A stretch of 64,000 bases of DNA from positions 3,038,001 through 3,102,000 of the forward strand of contig CM059432.1 of the NCBI GenBank assembly GCA_030390025.1. Direction: 5' to 3'. Under the pieces are notes generated by a model, which saw only the letters and a list, made by a program, of their open reading frames with translations, ran no database searches and was not told where the DNA came from. Both the position numbers and the translations under genes were made by a program. Positions within the stretch are counted from its first letter, which is position 1, and each line of letters begins with the position of its first letter. The stretch is from Squalus acanthias. Taxonomy: Eukaryota. This document shows positions 10,124 to 21,950 of this stretch, in pieces.

Positions 10124-11182
10124 TCATTTATTAGAAGCGGTGTCTAATGAGGCGCTCACAAACGGCCCTTGCAGAAGCAACATTGAGTGGTCCCTCCTCC
10201 GTTGCTGCTGCTCCTCCTCCTCCTCTCCCTGAGGTGGACCTGCAATCCCTGGTGGCAATGGCTGGGCCCTCAGAATGGCCAGGTTGTGCAGCATGCAACA
10301 CACAACGATGAAAACCGATACTCGATCAGGGGAGTACTGCAGGGCTTCTCCAAGGCAGCGGAACCGTTGCTTCAGCCCGCCGATCGTCTGTTCGATCAGG
10401 TTCCTGGTGGTGCTATGGGCTCTCATTGTATACGTGCTGAGCAGGAGTGTTGGGGTTGCATGTGGTGGGTGGAACAGTGCTGGGACACCAGTCTATCACA
10501 GGATGAATGCATCGTGGCTGCTGCCAGGATAGCGGGCATTGACGGCAGGGATGCTCTGTCTGTGGTCGCACACAACACTGCACGTTCAGAGAGTGGTGGC
10601 CTTTGCGGTTGTGGAACACCTCTGCATTGTGATGAGGTGCCCGCAATGCCACGTGGGTGCAGTCAATGGCGCCCTGAACCATGGGGAAGCCCGCTATCCT
10701 TGCAAAGCCACATGGGCGCTCATCCTGTTTCTCTCTGATCATGGGGAATGAGATGTACTCTCTTCTCCTTCTGTAGAGAGCGTCTGTTACCTCCCGGATG
10801 CAGCAATGGACGGCAAACTGCGAAATGTTTGCAATATCCCCTGTTGAAGCCTGGAAGGAGCCGCTGGCGTAGAAATTGAGAGTGACTGTGACCTTCACTG
10901 CCACTGAGAGAGACGTGTCCTGGTCCTGAGCTGAGGCTGAAGCTCTGGCTGCAGGAGGTGGCAGAGCTCTGTGACCACCTCCTTGCTGAAGCGGAGCCTT
11001 CGAAGGCACTGCTCCTCGGACAGATGAATGTAGGAGAAGCGCTCCCAGAATACCCTGGGAGGGTAAGGTCTCCTGTTGAGAGCCCTGTTGGCCCTCCTCC
11101 CTCTGGCCACGTTTTCCAATCTTTCTCTCTGCCTCCAACGGTGACGATGGAGGGCGAGGCCCAGTGCCAGCACAGCCCCCAT
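10124..11182 (-). pseudogene. HARBI1-like (PIF/Harbinger, DDE) transposase, disabled
   Basis: Across frames: CLRRLRFSKEVVTELCHLL, VAVKVTVTLNFYASGSFQ, GFPMVQGAIDCTHV, NRKGHHSLNVQ, HDAFIL, TRNLIEQTIGGLKQRFRCL, VCCMLHNLAI. Frameshifts, in-frame TGA TAG after HDAFIL, and the LLGDxGY segment appears deleted. Confidence 0.92.
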
Positions 11183-11971
11183 TAAATGATGAAAATGTTG
11201 CACTATCAAATGTAACCCAAATGAAAGTGATAAATTCTTCTCAGCCAGAATACTCCCTTGCAGTTGAAAACGGTCAAATGGGTCAAAACGCCTGTCTGCT
11301 TGTGTCAAACTGACAAGGCAGCATTGTTTGCCGACAAAAACGCACCCCGGAAGTTGACCCCTTTGTATCGCGCTCCTCCGGCGCTCACCCGACTGCAAAC
11401 CGCCTCCTGAACCTGTCGTTGCTAACGGCAGGCGCGCAGGCAGGGGGGGGGGGGGGCGAGAGTGAATTTCTGAGCCGGGGCGCTGTGCGCCCGGATGACG
11501 TCACGATCTCCAGGCGCAGGAGATCGCGGCGCTCGTGGTTACCGCCGCCACAAACCTCCAGGCTCAATCTTGCGGGCGTCGGTACCAGCGCCGCGCCCGG
11601 TCGCAAAGCCGGTAGCGCCCCCAGAGGCGCAAAGACACCCAATTTCTCCCCCCAAAATATTTCCACAGGGATGCTGATGGGATTAGATGCAAGTGACAAA
11701 GGGAATGACAGTTATGGCCACTCCATGAGATATTTATACTTCCTATATGGGTAACCATTCAGTCTCCTGTTTATATCACACACACACACACACACACACA
11801 CACCAATAGAAGACCAGCTGTCTATAATGACTGTTTAATAATAAATCATAAAACAATATTGTTTTTAACTAGAACTTCCATTAGAAGACCACAGGCCTAG
11901 AAAGATCACCTACAGACAGACCTAAATGACACCGTTTTAGTGAAGCTGGGGTTGTTCTCCTTAGAGAACGC

Positions 11972-12435
11972 CCATCTCCCCCTGTGCTCGCTGGCCTACA
12001 TTGGCTCCCGGTTCAGCAGCGCCTCGATTTCAAAATTCTCATCCTTGTTTTCAAATCCCTCCGTGGCCTCGCCCCTCCCTATCTCTGTAATCTCCTCCAG
12101 CCCCCCACCCCTCCTCGAGATATCTGCTCTCCTCTAATTCTGGCCTCTTGAGGATCCCTGATTATAAATCGCTCAACCATTGGTGGCCGTGCCTTCTGTT
12201 GCCTGGGCCCTAAGCTCTGGAATTCCCTCCCTAAACCTCTCCGCCTCGCTACCTCTCTCTCCTATACGACGCTCCTTAAAACCGACCTCTTTGACCAAGC
12301 TTTTGGTCACCTGCCCTAATTTATCCTTGTGTGGCTCGGTGACAAATTTTTTGTCTTTTAATACTCCTGTGAAGCCTCGTGGGACGTTTTACTACGTTAA
12401 AGGCGCTATATAAATACAAGTTGTTGTTGTTGCTG
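11972..12435 (+). mobile_element. L2-clade LINE 3' fragment
   Basis: Encodes the LHWLPV.QRLDFKILILVFKSL motif typical of the L2 ORF2 C-terminus; (TTG)n tail. Confidence 0.88.
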
Positions 12436-12437
12436 TT

Positions 12438-12810
12438 GTAGAGCAGAGACGGTTAAGGGGAGATTTAATAGAGGTGTTCAAAATCATGAGGGGTTTTGAA
12501 AGAGTAAATAAGGAGAAACTGTTTCCAGTGGCAGGAGGGTCGGTAACCAGAGGACACCGATTTAAGGCAATTGGCAAAAGAAACAGAGGGAGATGAGGAG
12601 AATATTTTAATGCAGCGAGTTGTGGTGATCTGGAATACGCTGCCTGAAAGGGCGGTGGAAGCAGATTCAATAGTAACTTTCAAAAGGAAATTGGATAAAT
12701 ACTCGAAGGGGGAAAATTTGCAGGGGAGTGGGACTAATTGGAGAGCTCTTTCAAAGAGCCGGCACAGGAATGAAGGGCCGAATGGCCTCCTTCTGCGCTG
12801 TGTGATTCTA
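12438..12810 (+). mobile_element. CR1 3' fragment; its upstream part lies at ~11940-11968, split by the L2
   Basis: KLGLFSLE at ~11943 continues as QRRLRGDLIEVFKIM at ~12443. Confidence 0.8.
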
Positions 12811-12927
12811 TCACCTAGTCATAACTTCTTCTCTTATCTACTCTACTCTTACTTTTACTCTGGTAAAGGTGGTAAAAACACAAGCTGTTAGCGACTCAGT
12901 TTACTTGAGTGAGCCAGTTGTGCAACT

Positions 12928-13520
12928 TAGAGTCATAACGGCACAGAAGGAGGCCATTCGGCCGATCGAGTCCGTGCCGGCTCTCTGTAGAGCAATCCAG
13001 TCAGTCCCATTCCCCCGCTCTATCCCTGTAGCCCTGCAAGTTTATTTCCCTCAAGTGCCTCTCCAGTCTCCCCTTGAAAACATTGAGTGTCTCCGCTTCC
13101 ACCACTTCCGTCAGCAGCGAGTTCCAGGTCCTCACCACTCGCTGCGTAAAAAAGTTTTCCTCACGTCCCACCTGTATCTCTTGCCCAAAACCTTAAATCT
13201 GTGTCCCCCTAGGCCTTGTACCATCAACTAGTGGGAACAGCCTTTCCCCATCTAGCCTATCCAAACCCATCATAATCTTGTACACCTCTATCAAATCACC
13301 TCTCAACCTCCTTTGCTCTAATGAAAACAAATCCAGCTTCTCCAACCTGTCCTTGTAGCTAAGATCCCCCATCCCCGGAACCATTCTGGTAAATCTCCTC
13401 TGCACCCTCTCAAGGGCCTTCACATCCTTCCTAAAGTGTGGTGACCAGAACTGGACACAATACTCCAGTTGTGGCCTAACCAGCGCTTTATAAGAGGTTC
13501 AGCATAACTTCTCTACTTTT
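12928..13520 (-). mobile_element. CR1 3' fragment
   Basis: [50 protein letters not shown]. Confidence 0.9.
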
Positions 13521-14035
13521 ATATGATGCTTGTGGCATGATGCAGAATTAATCCTCTTACGACATTAACTTACTGAAATCCCCCATTGCCTTTGGACCCT
13601 TCAGACGGAGAGTTTCCTGTTAAAATAAATTCGCTTCATCCAACAGGTCACATAATCCTGAAAAGAATTTGACATTTGATACTTCGTGGAATTACTCGGG
13701 TGCAATGAGGGTTCACTGAACTGTGTACAAATATCCATGTAATCATTAGTCAATGTTCTAATTAAAATTTTCCATGCATCAAAGTGATGTTGACCTGTTT
13801 TTTTTTGGAGGGGCGGCCTTGGTTGGATATTTCCAGTCAAACACGGAGCACGTCGATCGACGAGTCATTAAAAATCTTGCTTCCTTCGAGATCAGTTTCT
13901 TCGTGGTTTTCAAAGTCCCTCCAAAGACCTTCAACTCTTACCCTGAGTGACCCCGCTCTTAGTTTGAAAATTCATGTCCTTGTCTTCAAATCCCTCCGTG
14001 ACCTCGCTCTTCCCCCTCTGTGTAATTGTGTAAAA

Positions 14036-14480
14036 GTGTCAGCCGTGGCTCAGTGGGCAGCACTCTCGCCTCTGAGTTAGAAGGTTGTGGGTTCAAGTCC
14101 CACTCCAGAGACTTGAGCACAAAAATCTAGGCTGACACTCCCAGTGCAGTACTGAGGGAGTGCTGCACTGTCGGAGATGCCGTCTTTCAGATGAGACGTT
14201 AAACCGAGGCCCCGTCTGCTCTCTCAGGTGGACTTAAAAGATCTCACGGCCACTATTTCAAAGAAGAGCAGATAAGTTCTCCCCGGTGTCCTGGCCAATA
14301 TTTCTCCCTCAACCAACATAACAAAAACAGGTCATTATCACATTGCGTTTGTGGGAGCTTGCTGTGCACAAATTGGCTGCCGTGGTACCCACATTATAAC
14401 AATGACTACACTTCAAAAAGTACTTCATTGGCCGTAAAGCGCTTTGAGACGACCGGTGGTCGTGAAAGGCGCTATATAAC
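14036..14480 (+). mobile_element. Near full-length DeuSINE (SacSINE1-like) nested in an L2 fragment (~13945-14795)
   Basis: A box TGGCTCAGTGGG, B box GGTTCAAGTCC, Deu-like core (GAGACGTTAAACCGAGGCCCCGTCTGC...GGTGTCCTGGCCAATATT), tail GAAAGGCGCTATATAA; L2 sequence on both sides. Confidence 0.88.
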
Positions 14481-14802
14481 ATCCGGCAGTCCTACAACCC
14501 TCTGAGATCTCTGCGCTCCTCTAATTCTGGCCTCTTAAGCATCCCCGATTTCCATCGCTCCACCATTGGCGGCCGTGCCTTCAGCTGCCTGGGCCCTAAG
14601 CTCTGGAATTCCCTCCCTAAACCTCTCCGCCTCGCTTTCCTCCTTTAAGACTCTCCTTAAAACCGACCTCTTTGGCAAAGCTTTTGGTCCCCTGTCCCTA
14701 ATAACTTATGTGGCTCGGTGTGAAATTTAGTTTGATAACACCTTGGGACGCTTTACTACAGTAAAGGTGCTATACAAGTGCAAGTTGTTGTTGTACTCCT
14801 CC

Positions 14803-15750
14803 TACATAGAATTTACAGCACAGAAACAGACCATTCAGTCCAACCGGTTCGTGCCGGTGTTTACGCTCCACATGAGCCTCCTCCCACCCCTCTTCATCTC
14901 ACCCTGTCAGCATATCCTTCTATTCCTTTCTCCCTCATGTGTTTATCAAGTTTCCGCTTAAAAGCATCCGTGCTATTCACCTCAACTACTCCCTGTGGCA
15001 GCGAGTTCCACATTCTCGCCACTCTCTGGGTAAAGAAGTTTCTCCTGAATTCCCGATTGGATTTATTAGTGACTAGCTTATATTTTTTGGCCCCTAGTTT
15101 TCGACGTTGAAACATCTTCTCCAAGTCTACCCTATCAAACTATCATAAGCTTAAAAACCTCGATCAGGTCAGTCCCCTCAGTCTTGTCTTTTCTAGAGAA
15201 AAAAAACTAAGAGCCCCAAAGCCTGTTCAATATTTCCTGATCGGTATAACCTCTCAGTTCTGATATCATCCGCGTAAAACTTTTTTTGCACCCTCTCCAG
15301 TGCCTCCATATCCTTTTTATAACACGGTGACCAGAACTGTGCACGCAGCACTCCAGGTGTGGTCTAACCAAGGTCCTACACATGTTTAACATAACCTCTC
15401 TGCTAATTAAGTCACCGGCTCGTGTGGCGAGTGCGGATTCACTACGACAGTTCAAAAAGGAGCTTTTGTTGTCAAAAGAACGAGGAGGGGGAGAGGAGGA
15501 GAAATATTTTATTTACGCAGCGAGTTGTTGTGATCTGGAATGCGCTGCCTGAAAAGGGCGGTGGAAGCAGATTCAACAGTGACTGTCAAAAGGGGAATTG
15601 GATAAATATTTGAAGGAGCAGGGAAATTAGCAGGGCTGTGGCGAAAGAGCAGGGGGGGGGGGGAGTGGGACCAATAGGAGAGCTCTTTGAAAGAGCCGAC
15701 ACAGGCACGATGGGCCGAAAGGCCTCCTTCTGTGCTGTATCATTCTATGG
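14803..15750. mobile_element. Two CR1 3' fragments (minus ~14803-15400; plus ~15470-15750)
   Basis: NKSNREFRRNFFTQRVARMWNSLPQ on minus; NILFTQRVVVIWNALPE on plus. Confidence 0.85.
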
Positions 15751-15926
15751 TTAGCTCAACGGGGAAAAAAAGAGCTCGTTAAGTGAGGAAAACCAGTTAT
15801 CGATTAAGGACGAAGTCAATTAAATTCTCCGGACACGGAGTTGCATTTTAACTTTTGTATAATTATGAAGCGCGCAATTGTGCGGATTGTCGGGTAGAAG
15901 GAGCGAAAGAAATGCATAAAAATCAA

Positions 15927-16273
15927 CTGTGACAAGTATTTGGATTGGTAAAGGCTTAAGATGCGGAGCCACTTTATAGAGAAGAGTTGTAACCCACGGT
16001 GAACAGGAATGTGACCTTAGCGTTAGCAAGAGTTGAAAATTAAGCATAAAATTATGAGGGGCCGAGATAGAGTGGATAGGAAGGACCTATTTCCTTTAGC
16101 AGAGAGGTCAATAACCAGGGGGCAGAGATTTAAAATAATTGGTAGAAGGATTAGAGGGGAGTTGAGGAGAACCTTTTTCACCCAGAGGGTGGTGGGGGTC
16201 TGGAACTCACTGCCTGAAAGGGTGGTAGAGGCAGAAACCCTCATCACATTTAAAAATGTACTTGGATATGCAC
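15927..16273 (+). repeat. Left copy of a ~347-bp direct duplication flanking the long CR1
   Basis: Nearly identical to 19752-20097 (about 7 differences by eye), including ~115 bp of otherwise unique sequence. Confidence 0.95.
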
Positions 16274-19200
16274 CTGCGGCTGCAAGGCATTCTGGAGGGG
16301 GAGGGTGAACAGCCAGTTGTCGTGGTGCATATAGGTACCAACGATATAGGTAAAAAACGGGATGAGGTCCTAAAAGCTGAATATAGGGAGTTAGGAGGTA
16401 AATTTAAAAATAGGACCTCAAAAGGTAGTAATCTCAGGATTGCTACCAGTGCCACGTACTAGTCAGAGTAGAAATAGAAGGATATTTCAGATGAATACAT
16501 GGCTAGAAGAATGGTGCAAGGGGGAGGGATTCAAATTCCTGGGACATTGGAACCGGTTCAGGGGGAGGTGGGACCAGTACAAACTGGATGGTTTGTACCT
16601 GGGCAGGACCGGGACCGATGTCCTGGGGGGGGGGGGGGGGTGGCGGGGGAGAGAGAGAGTGTTTGCTAGTGCTGTTGGGGAGGGTTTAAACTAAAATGGC
16701 AGGGGGTTGGGAACCTGTGCAGGGAGACAGAGGAAAGGGAAGCAAGGATAGAAACATAAGACAGGAAGGAGAAAAGCAAAAGTGGAAGTCAGAGAAATCA
16801 AGGGTGTAAATCAAACATGGCCACAGTAAACAATAATTCTAAATGGTCTAAGAGTGTTAAAAAAAAAAGCCTGAAGGTTCGGTGTCTTAATGCGAGGAGC
16901 ATTCGTAATAAGGTGGATGAATTAGCTGCGCAAATAGATGTAAACGGATATGATATAATTGGGATTACGGAGACATGGCTCCAGGGTGACCAAGGCTGGG
17001 AATTCAACATCCAGGGGTATTCAATATTCAGGAAGGACAGGCAAAAAGGAAAAGGAGGTGGGGTAGCACTGCTGGTTAAAGAGGAGATTAATACAATAGT
17101 AAGGAAGGATATTAGCTCTGATGATGTGGAATCTGTATGGGTAGAGCTGAGAAATACCAAGGGGCAGAAAAGTTGTATACAGACCCCCAAACAGTAATGC
17201 TGAGGTTGGGGATGGCATTAAACGGGAAATTAGAGACGCGTGCAATAAGGGCACAGCAGTTATCATGGGTGACTTTAATCTACATATAGATTGGGCTAAC
17301 CAAATTAGTAACAATACTGTGGAGGAGGAATTCCTAGAGTGTATACGGGATGATTTCCTGGACCAATATGTTGAGGAACCAACTAGAGATCAGGCCATCT
17401 TAGACTGGGTATTATGTAATGAGAAAGGATTAATTAGCAATCTTGTTGTGCGAGGCCCCTTGGGGAGGAGCGATTATAATATGATAGAATTCTTCATTAA
17501 GATGGAGAGTGAAGTAGTCGACTCAGAGACTAGGGTCCTGAATTTAAATAAAGGAAACTACGATGGTATGAGGCGCGAGTTGGCTAGGATGGATTGGGGA
17601 ATGTTACTTAAAGGGTTGACGGTGGATAGGCAACGGCAAACATTTAAAGATCGCATGGATGAACTACAGAATTTGTTCATCCCTGTTTGGCATAACAATA
17701 AAACAAAAAAGGTGACTCAACTGTGGCTAACAAGGGAAATTAGGGATAGCTTAAGATCCAAGGAGAGGACATACAAATTGGTCAGAAAAAGCAGCAAACC
17801 TGAGGATTGGGAGCAGTTTAGGATTCAGCAAAGGAGGACAAAGGGATTAATTAAGAGGGGGAAAATAGAGTATGAGAGTAAGCTTACAGGGAACATAAAA
17901 ACTGACTGTAAAAGCTTCTATAGATATGTGAAGAGAAAAAGATTGGTGAAGTCAAGCGTAGGTCCCTTGCAGTCAGAATCAGGGGAATTTATAATGGGGA
18001 ACAAAGAAATGGCAGACCAATTAAATACATACTTTGGTTCTGTCTTCACAAAGGAGGACACAAATAACCTCCCAGAGATGTCGGGGAACATAGGGTCTAA
18101 TGAGAGGGAGGAACTGAATGAAATCAGTATTTGTAGGGAAATGGTGTTAGGGAAATTGACGGGATTGAAGGCCGATAAATCCCCAGGGCCTGATAATCTA
18201 CATCCTAGGGTACTTAAGGAAGTGGCCCTAGAAATAATAGATGCATTGCTGATCATCTTCCAAAATTCTATAGATTCTGGAACAGTTCCCATGGATTGGA
18301 GGGTAGCTAATGTAACCCCACTATTTAAAAAAGGTGGTAGAGAGAAAACGGGGAATTATAGACTGGCAAGCCTGACATCGGTAGTGGGGAAAATGCTAGA
18401 GTCCATTATAAAAGATGTAATAGCAGAGCACTTGGAAAACAGTGACAGGATCGGACAAAGTCAACATGGATTTACAAAAGGTAAATCATGCTTGACTAAT
18501 CTACTGGAATTTTTTGAGGATTTAACTGGTAGAATAGATAAGGGAGAACCAATGGATGTGGTGTATTTGGACTTTCAGAAGGCTTTCGATAAGGTCCCGC
18601 ATAAGAGATTAGCGTGCAAAGTTAAAGCACACGGGATTGGGGGTAAGGTACTGTCTTGGATAGAGAACTGGTTGGCAGACAGGAAGCAAAGAGTTGGAAT
18701 AAACGGGCCTTTTTCCGAGTGGTAGGCAGTGACTAGTGGGGTACCGCAGGGATCGGTGCTAGGACCCCAGCTATTCACAATATATATTAATGATCTAGAC
18801 GAGGGAACTAGATGTAATATCTCCAAGTTTGCAGACGACACAAAGCTGGGTGGGCGTGTGTGCTGTGAGGAGGATGCAGAGAAACTCCAGTATGATTTGG
18901 ACAGGTTGGGTGATTGGGCAGATGCAGTATAATGTGGATAAATGCGAGGTTATCCACTTTGGTGGCAAAAACAGGAAGGCAGATTATTATCTGAACGGCA
19001 ATAGATTGGGAAAAGGGGAAGTGCAACGAGACCTGGGTGTCCTTGTGCACCAGTCGCTGAAGGTAAGCATGCAGGTGCAGCAGGCGGTTAAGAAAGCAAA
19101 TGGTATGTTGGCCTTCATAGCGAGAGGATTCGAGTACAGCAGCAAGGATGTCTTGCTGCAGTTGTACAGGGCCTTGGTGAGACCACACCTTGAGTATTGT

Positions 19201-19751
19201 GTGCAGTTTTGGTCGCCTTTTCTGAGGAAGGATGTTCTTGCCATGGAGGGAGTGCAGCGAAGATTCACCAGGCTGATACCTGGGATGGCAGGAATGACGT
19301 ATGAAGAGAGATTGGGTCGATTGGGCTTGTATTCGCTAGAGTTTAGAAGAATGAGAGGGGATCTCATTGAAACTTATAAAATTCTAACAGGACTAGACAG
19401 ACTAGATGCAGGAAGGACGTTCCCGATGGCGGGGGAGTCCAGAACCAGGGGTCACAGTCTAAGGATAAGGGGTAAGCCATTTAGGACAGAGATGAGGAGG
19501 AATTTCTTCACCCAGAGAGTGGTGAACCTGTGGAATTCTCTACCACACAAGGCAGTTGAGGCCAATTCATTAAATATATTCAAGAAGGAGTTAGATTTAT
19601 TTCTTAAGGCTAAAGGGATCAAGGGATATGGAGAGAAAGCAGGGACAGGGTACTGAATTTGGATGATCAGCCATGATCTCATTAAATGGCGGAGCAGGCT
19701 CGAGGGGTCCAATGGCCTACTCCTGCTCCTATCTTCTATGTTTCTATGATT
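16274..19751 (+). mobile_element. Long CR1-clade LINE: partial ORF1 (SGNH esterase-like), ORF2 (APE endonuclease plus RT) and 3' UTR
   Basis: ORF1: VVVHIGTNDIG...LLPVPR...YKLDGLYL. ORF2: [56 protein letters not shown]. Tail TTCTATGTTTCTATG. Confidence 0.97.
16817..19656 (+). pseudogene. CR1 ORF2 (endonuclease/reverse transcriptase), disrupted
   Basis: Split into 16817-17197, 17265-18725, 18729-18932 and 18829-19656 by small deletions and an in-frame TAG at 18723. Confidence 0.93.
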
Positions 19752-20097
19752 CTGTGACGAGTATTTGGATTGGTAAAGGCTTAAGATGCGGAGCCACTTT
19801 ATAGAGAAGAGTTGTAACCCACGGTGAACAGGAATGTGACCTGAGCGTTAGCAAGAGTTGAAAATTAAGCATAAAATTATGAGGGGCCGAGATAGAGTGG
19901 ATAGGAAGGACCTATTTCCCTTAGCAGAGAGGTCAATAACCAGGGGGCAGAGATTTAAAGTAATTGGTAGAAGGATTAGAGGGGAGTTGAGGAGAACTTT
20001 TTTCACCCAGAGGGTGGTGGGGGTTTGGAACTCACTGCCTGAAAGGGTGGTAGAGGCAGAAACCCTCATCACATTTAAAAAGTACTTGGATATGCAC
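19752..20097 (+). repeat. Right copy of the ~347-bp duplication; its CR1 fragment continues to ~20235
   Basis: Matches 15927-16273; only this copy continues into the rest of the older CR1 tail. Confidence 0.95.
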
Positions 20098-20759
20098 TTG
20101 AAGTGCTGTAACCTGCAGGGCTACGGACCAAGAGCTGGAAAGTGGGATTAGGCTGGATGGCTCTTTGTCGGCCGGCACAGACACGATGGGCCAAATGGCC
20201 TCCTTCTGTGGTGTAAACTTCTGTGATTCTTCTATGATTTGCTGTAGAAGTTTCCAACGACACAATCTGGGTTGCTGACAGCTGAATCTTTGCCCATTTG
20301 GCTCGGCTTTGACAATGGAGCTTTAAGCTGCACGTATGCAACATTTCCCACAGAACAAGCAGCAATCTGGACACAGCTTCCGTAAGGTATCAACACAGTC
20401 TCTTCTGAAGAGGCTTTCTGCCAATGATGTGGTTCCCTTGGCATCCTGGACATAAAAGAGAAATCCTGCTTGATACTGATTGAAGAAAATTAAGCAAAGC
20501 TGGTTGTCAGGCAGTGTTCGGATGCTCCCAGTACGCAGCCGTTAATATTTAGCAATTACACTTGCTATTGAGACAGAACTGTAATTGTTAGGGTTGTTAA
20601 TAAGGATGCGCGGTGGTTTCCCGTGGGCTTCAATAGATCCTGGGAACTTACATATTTCATGTTATTCACACACCGCCTGTCATTTCATGAATCTTTACGA
20701 GACTGTCTCTTATGCAATCGGACAATGAATAAAAAACTTTATTCACCAGAGAGTACCAT

Positions 20760-21950
20760 CACAGAACATAGGAACAGGAGGAGGCCATTCAGCCCCTCGA
20801 GCCTATTCCACCATTCAATGGGATCGAGGCTGATCTGCGACCGAACTCCATATTCCCGCCTTTGGCCCATTTCCCTTAATACCTTTGGTTAACACAAAGC
20901 TATCAATCTCCGCTTTAAAGTTAACAATTGATCTAGCATCAATTGCCGCTTGCGGAAGAGAGTTCCAAACTTAGAATGACACAGCACAGAAGGAGGCCAT
21001 TCGGCCCATCGTGCCTGTGCCGGCTCTTTGAAAGAGCTCTCCAACTAGTCAAGAGTTTCTCTTATTTATTTTACATAGAGCCATTTTAAAATGAGAGGGA
21101 GTATTGCGTCTGATGCTCTCAAGTCCGATATATGTCTAAAGCTCGTCCAATCTGACTCGGCCTACAGTCCATACGGTCACTGCAGCACACTCAACTTAAC
21201 TTTTGTTAAGACGCTGGCTTGATCAAGCTCGTGCGTGAAAGTAAACGGTTCATTTTGTACAGCTCACTGTAACAGGTGAAAGGTTGTGTCACAGGAATTG
21301 CACAGCCTCCTCCCACTCCATGTACTTCATCTCACCCTTATCAGCATAACCTCTATTCCTTTCTACCTCATCCACTCGGCTCCACTGGTCCGTGCCGGTG
21401 TTTATGCTCCACACGAGCCTCCTCCCACCCCTCGTCATCTCACCCCATCAGCATATCCTTCTATTCCCTTCTCCCTCATGTGTTGATCCAGCTTCCCCTT
21501 AAATGTATCTGTGCTATTCGCCTCAACCACTCCCTGTGGTAGCGAGTTCCACATTCTCACCACTCTCTGGGTAAAGAAGTTTCTCCTGAATTCCCTATTG
21601 GATTTATTATATTTATGGCCTCTAGTTTTGGTCTCCCCTACAAGCAGAAACATTTTCTCTACGTCTACCCCATCAAACCCTTTCACAATTTGAAAGACCT
21701 CTATCAGGTCACCCCCTCAGCCTTCTCTTTTCTAGAGAAAAGAGCCCCAGCCTGTTCAATCTTTCCTGATAGGTATAACCTCTCAGTTCTGGTATCATCC
21801 TTGTAAATCATTTTTTGCACCTTCTCCAGTGCCTCTATATCCCTTTTGTAATATGGTGACCAGAACTGTGCACCGTGCTCCAAGTGCGGTCTAACCAAGT
21901 TCAACTTAACTTCTCTGCTTTTCAATTCTATCCCTCTAGAAATGAACCCC
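20760..21950 (-). mobile_element. Cluster of CR1 3' fragments (~20760-21050 and ~21385-21950)
   Basis: Tail motifs and RPHLEH.AQFWSPYY / NFFTQRVVRMWNSLPQ translations. Confidence 0.8.

Larger units (their letters stand above)
7359..11652. mobile_element. Full-length but decayed PIF/Harbinger DNA transposon (~4.3 kb including nested insertions)
   Basis: TIRs GGGGGAAAAATT (7359) and AATTTCTCCCCC (11641-11652); flanks AAA/CAA (imperfect 3-bp TSD); clustered GCGCTA/TAGCGC subterminal motifs; encloses convergent Myb/SANT-like and HARBI1-like genes. Confidence 0.9.

Noticed and set aside
10124..11182. Host HARBI1 gene
   Set aside because: Lies inside TIRs next to a Myb-like gene and has stops, frameshifts and a deletion: a transposon copy.
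13560..13840. 79-aa minus-strand ORF and a possible 43-nt exon (TTAACAG ... GTAAGT)
   Set aside because: No recognisable protein similarity and no partner exons; cannot be supported without RNA-seq or homology search.
14036..14110. tRNA-like sequence with A and B boxes (many copies)
   Set aside because: These are SINE heads continuing into SINE body, not stand-alone tRNA genes.
20240..20390. Exon-like plus-strand open stretch ending at GTAAGG
   Set aside because: Acceptor borrowed from a LINE tail; no recognisable peptide.
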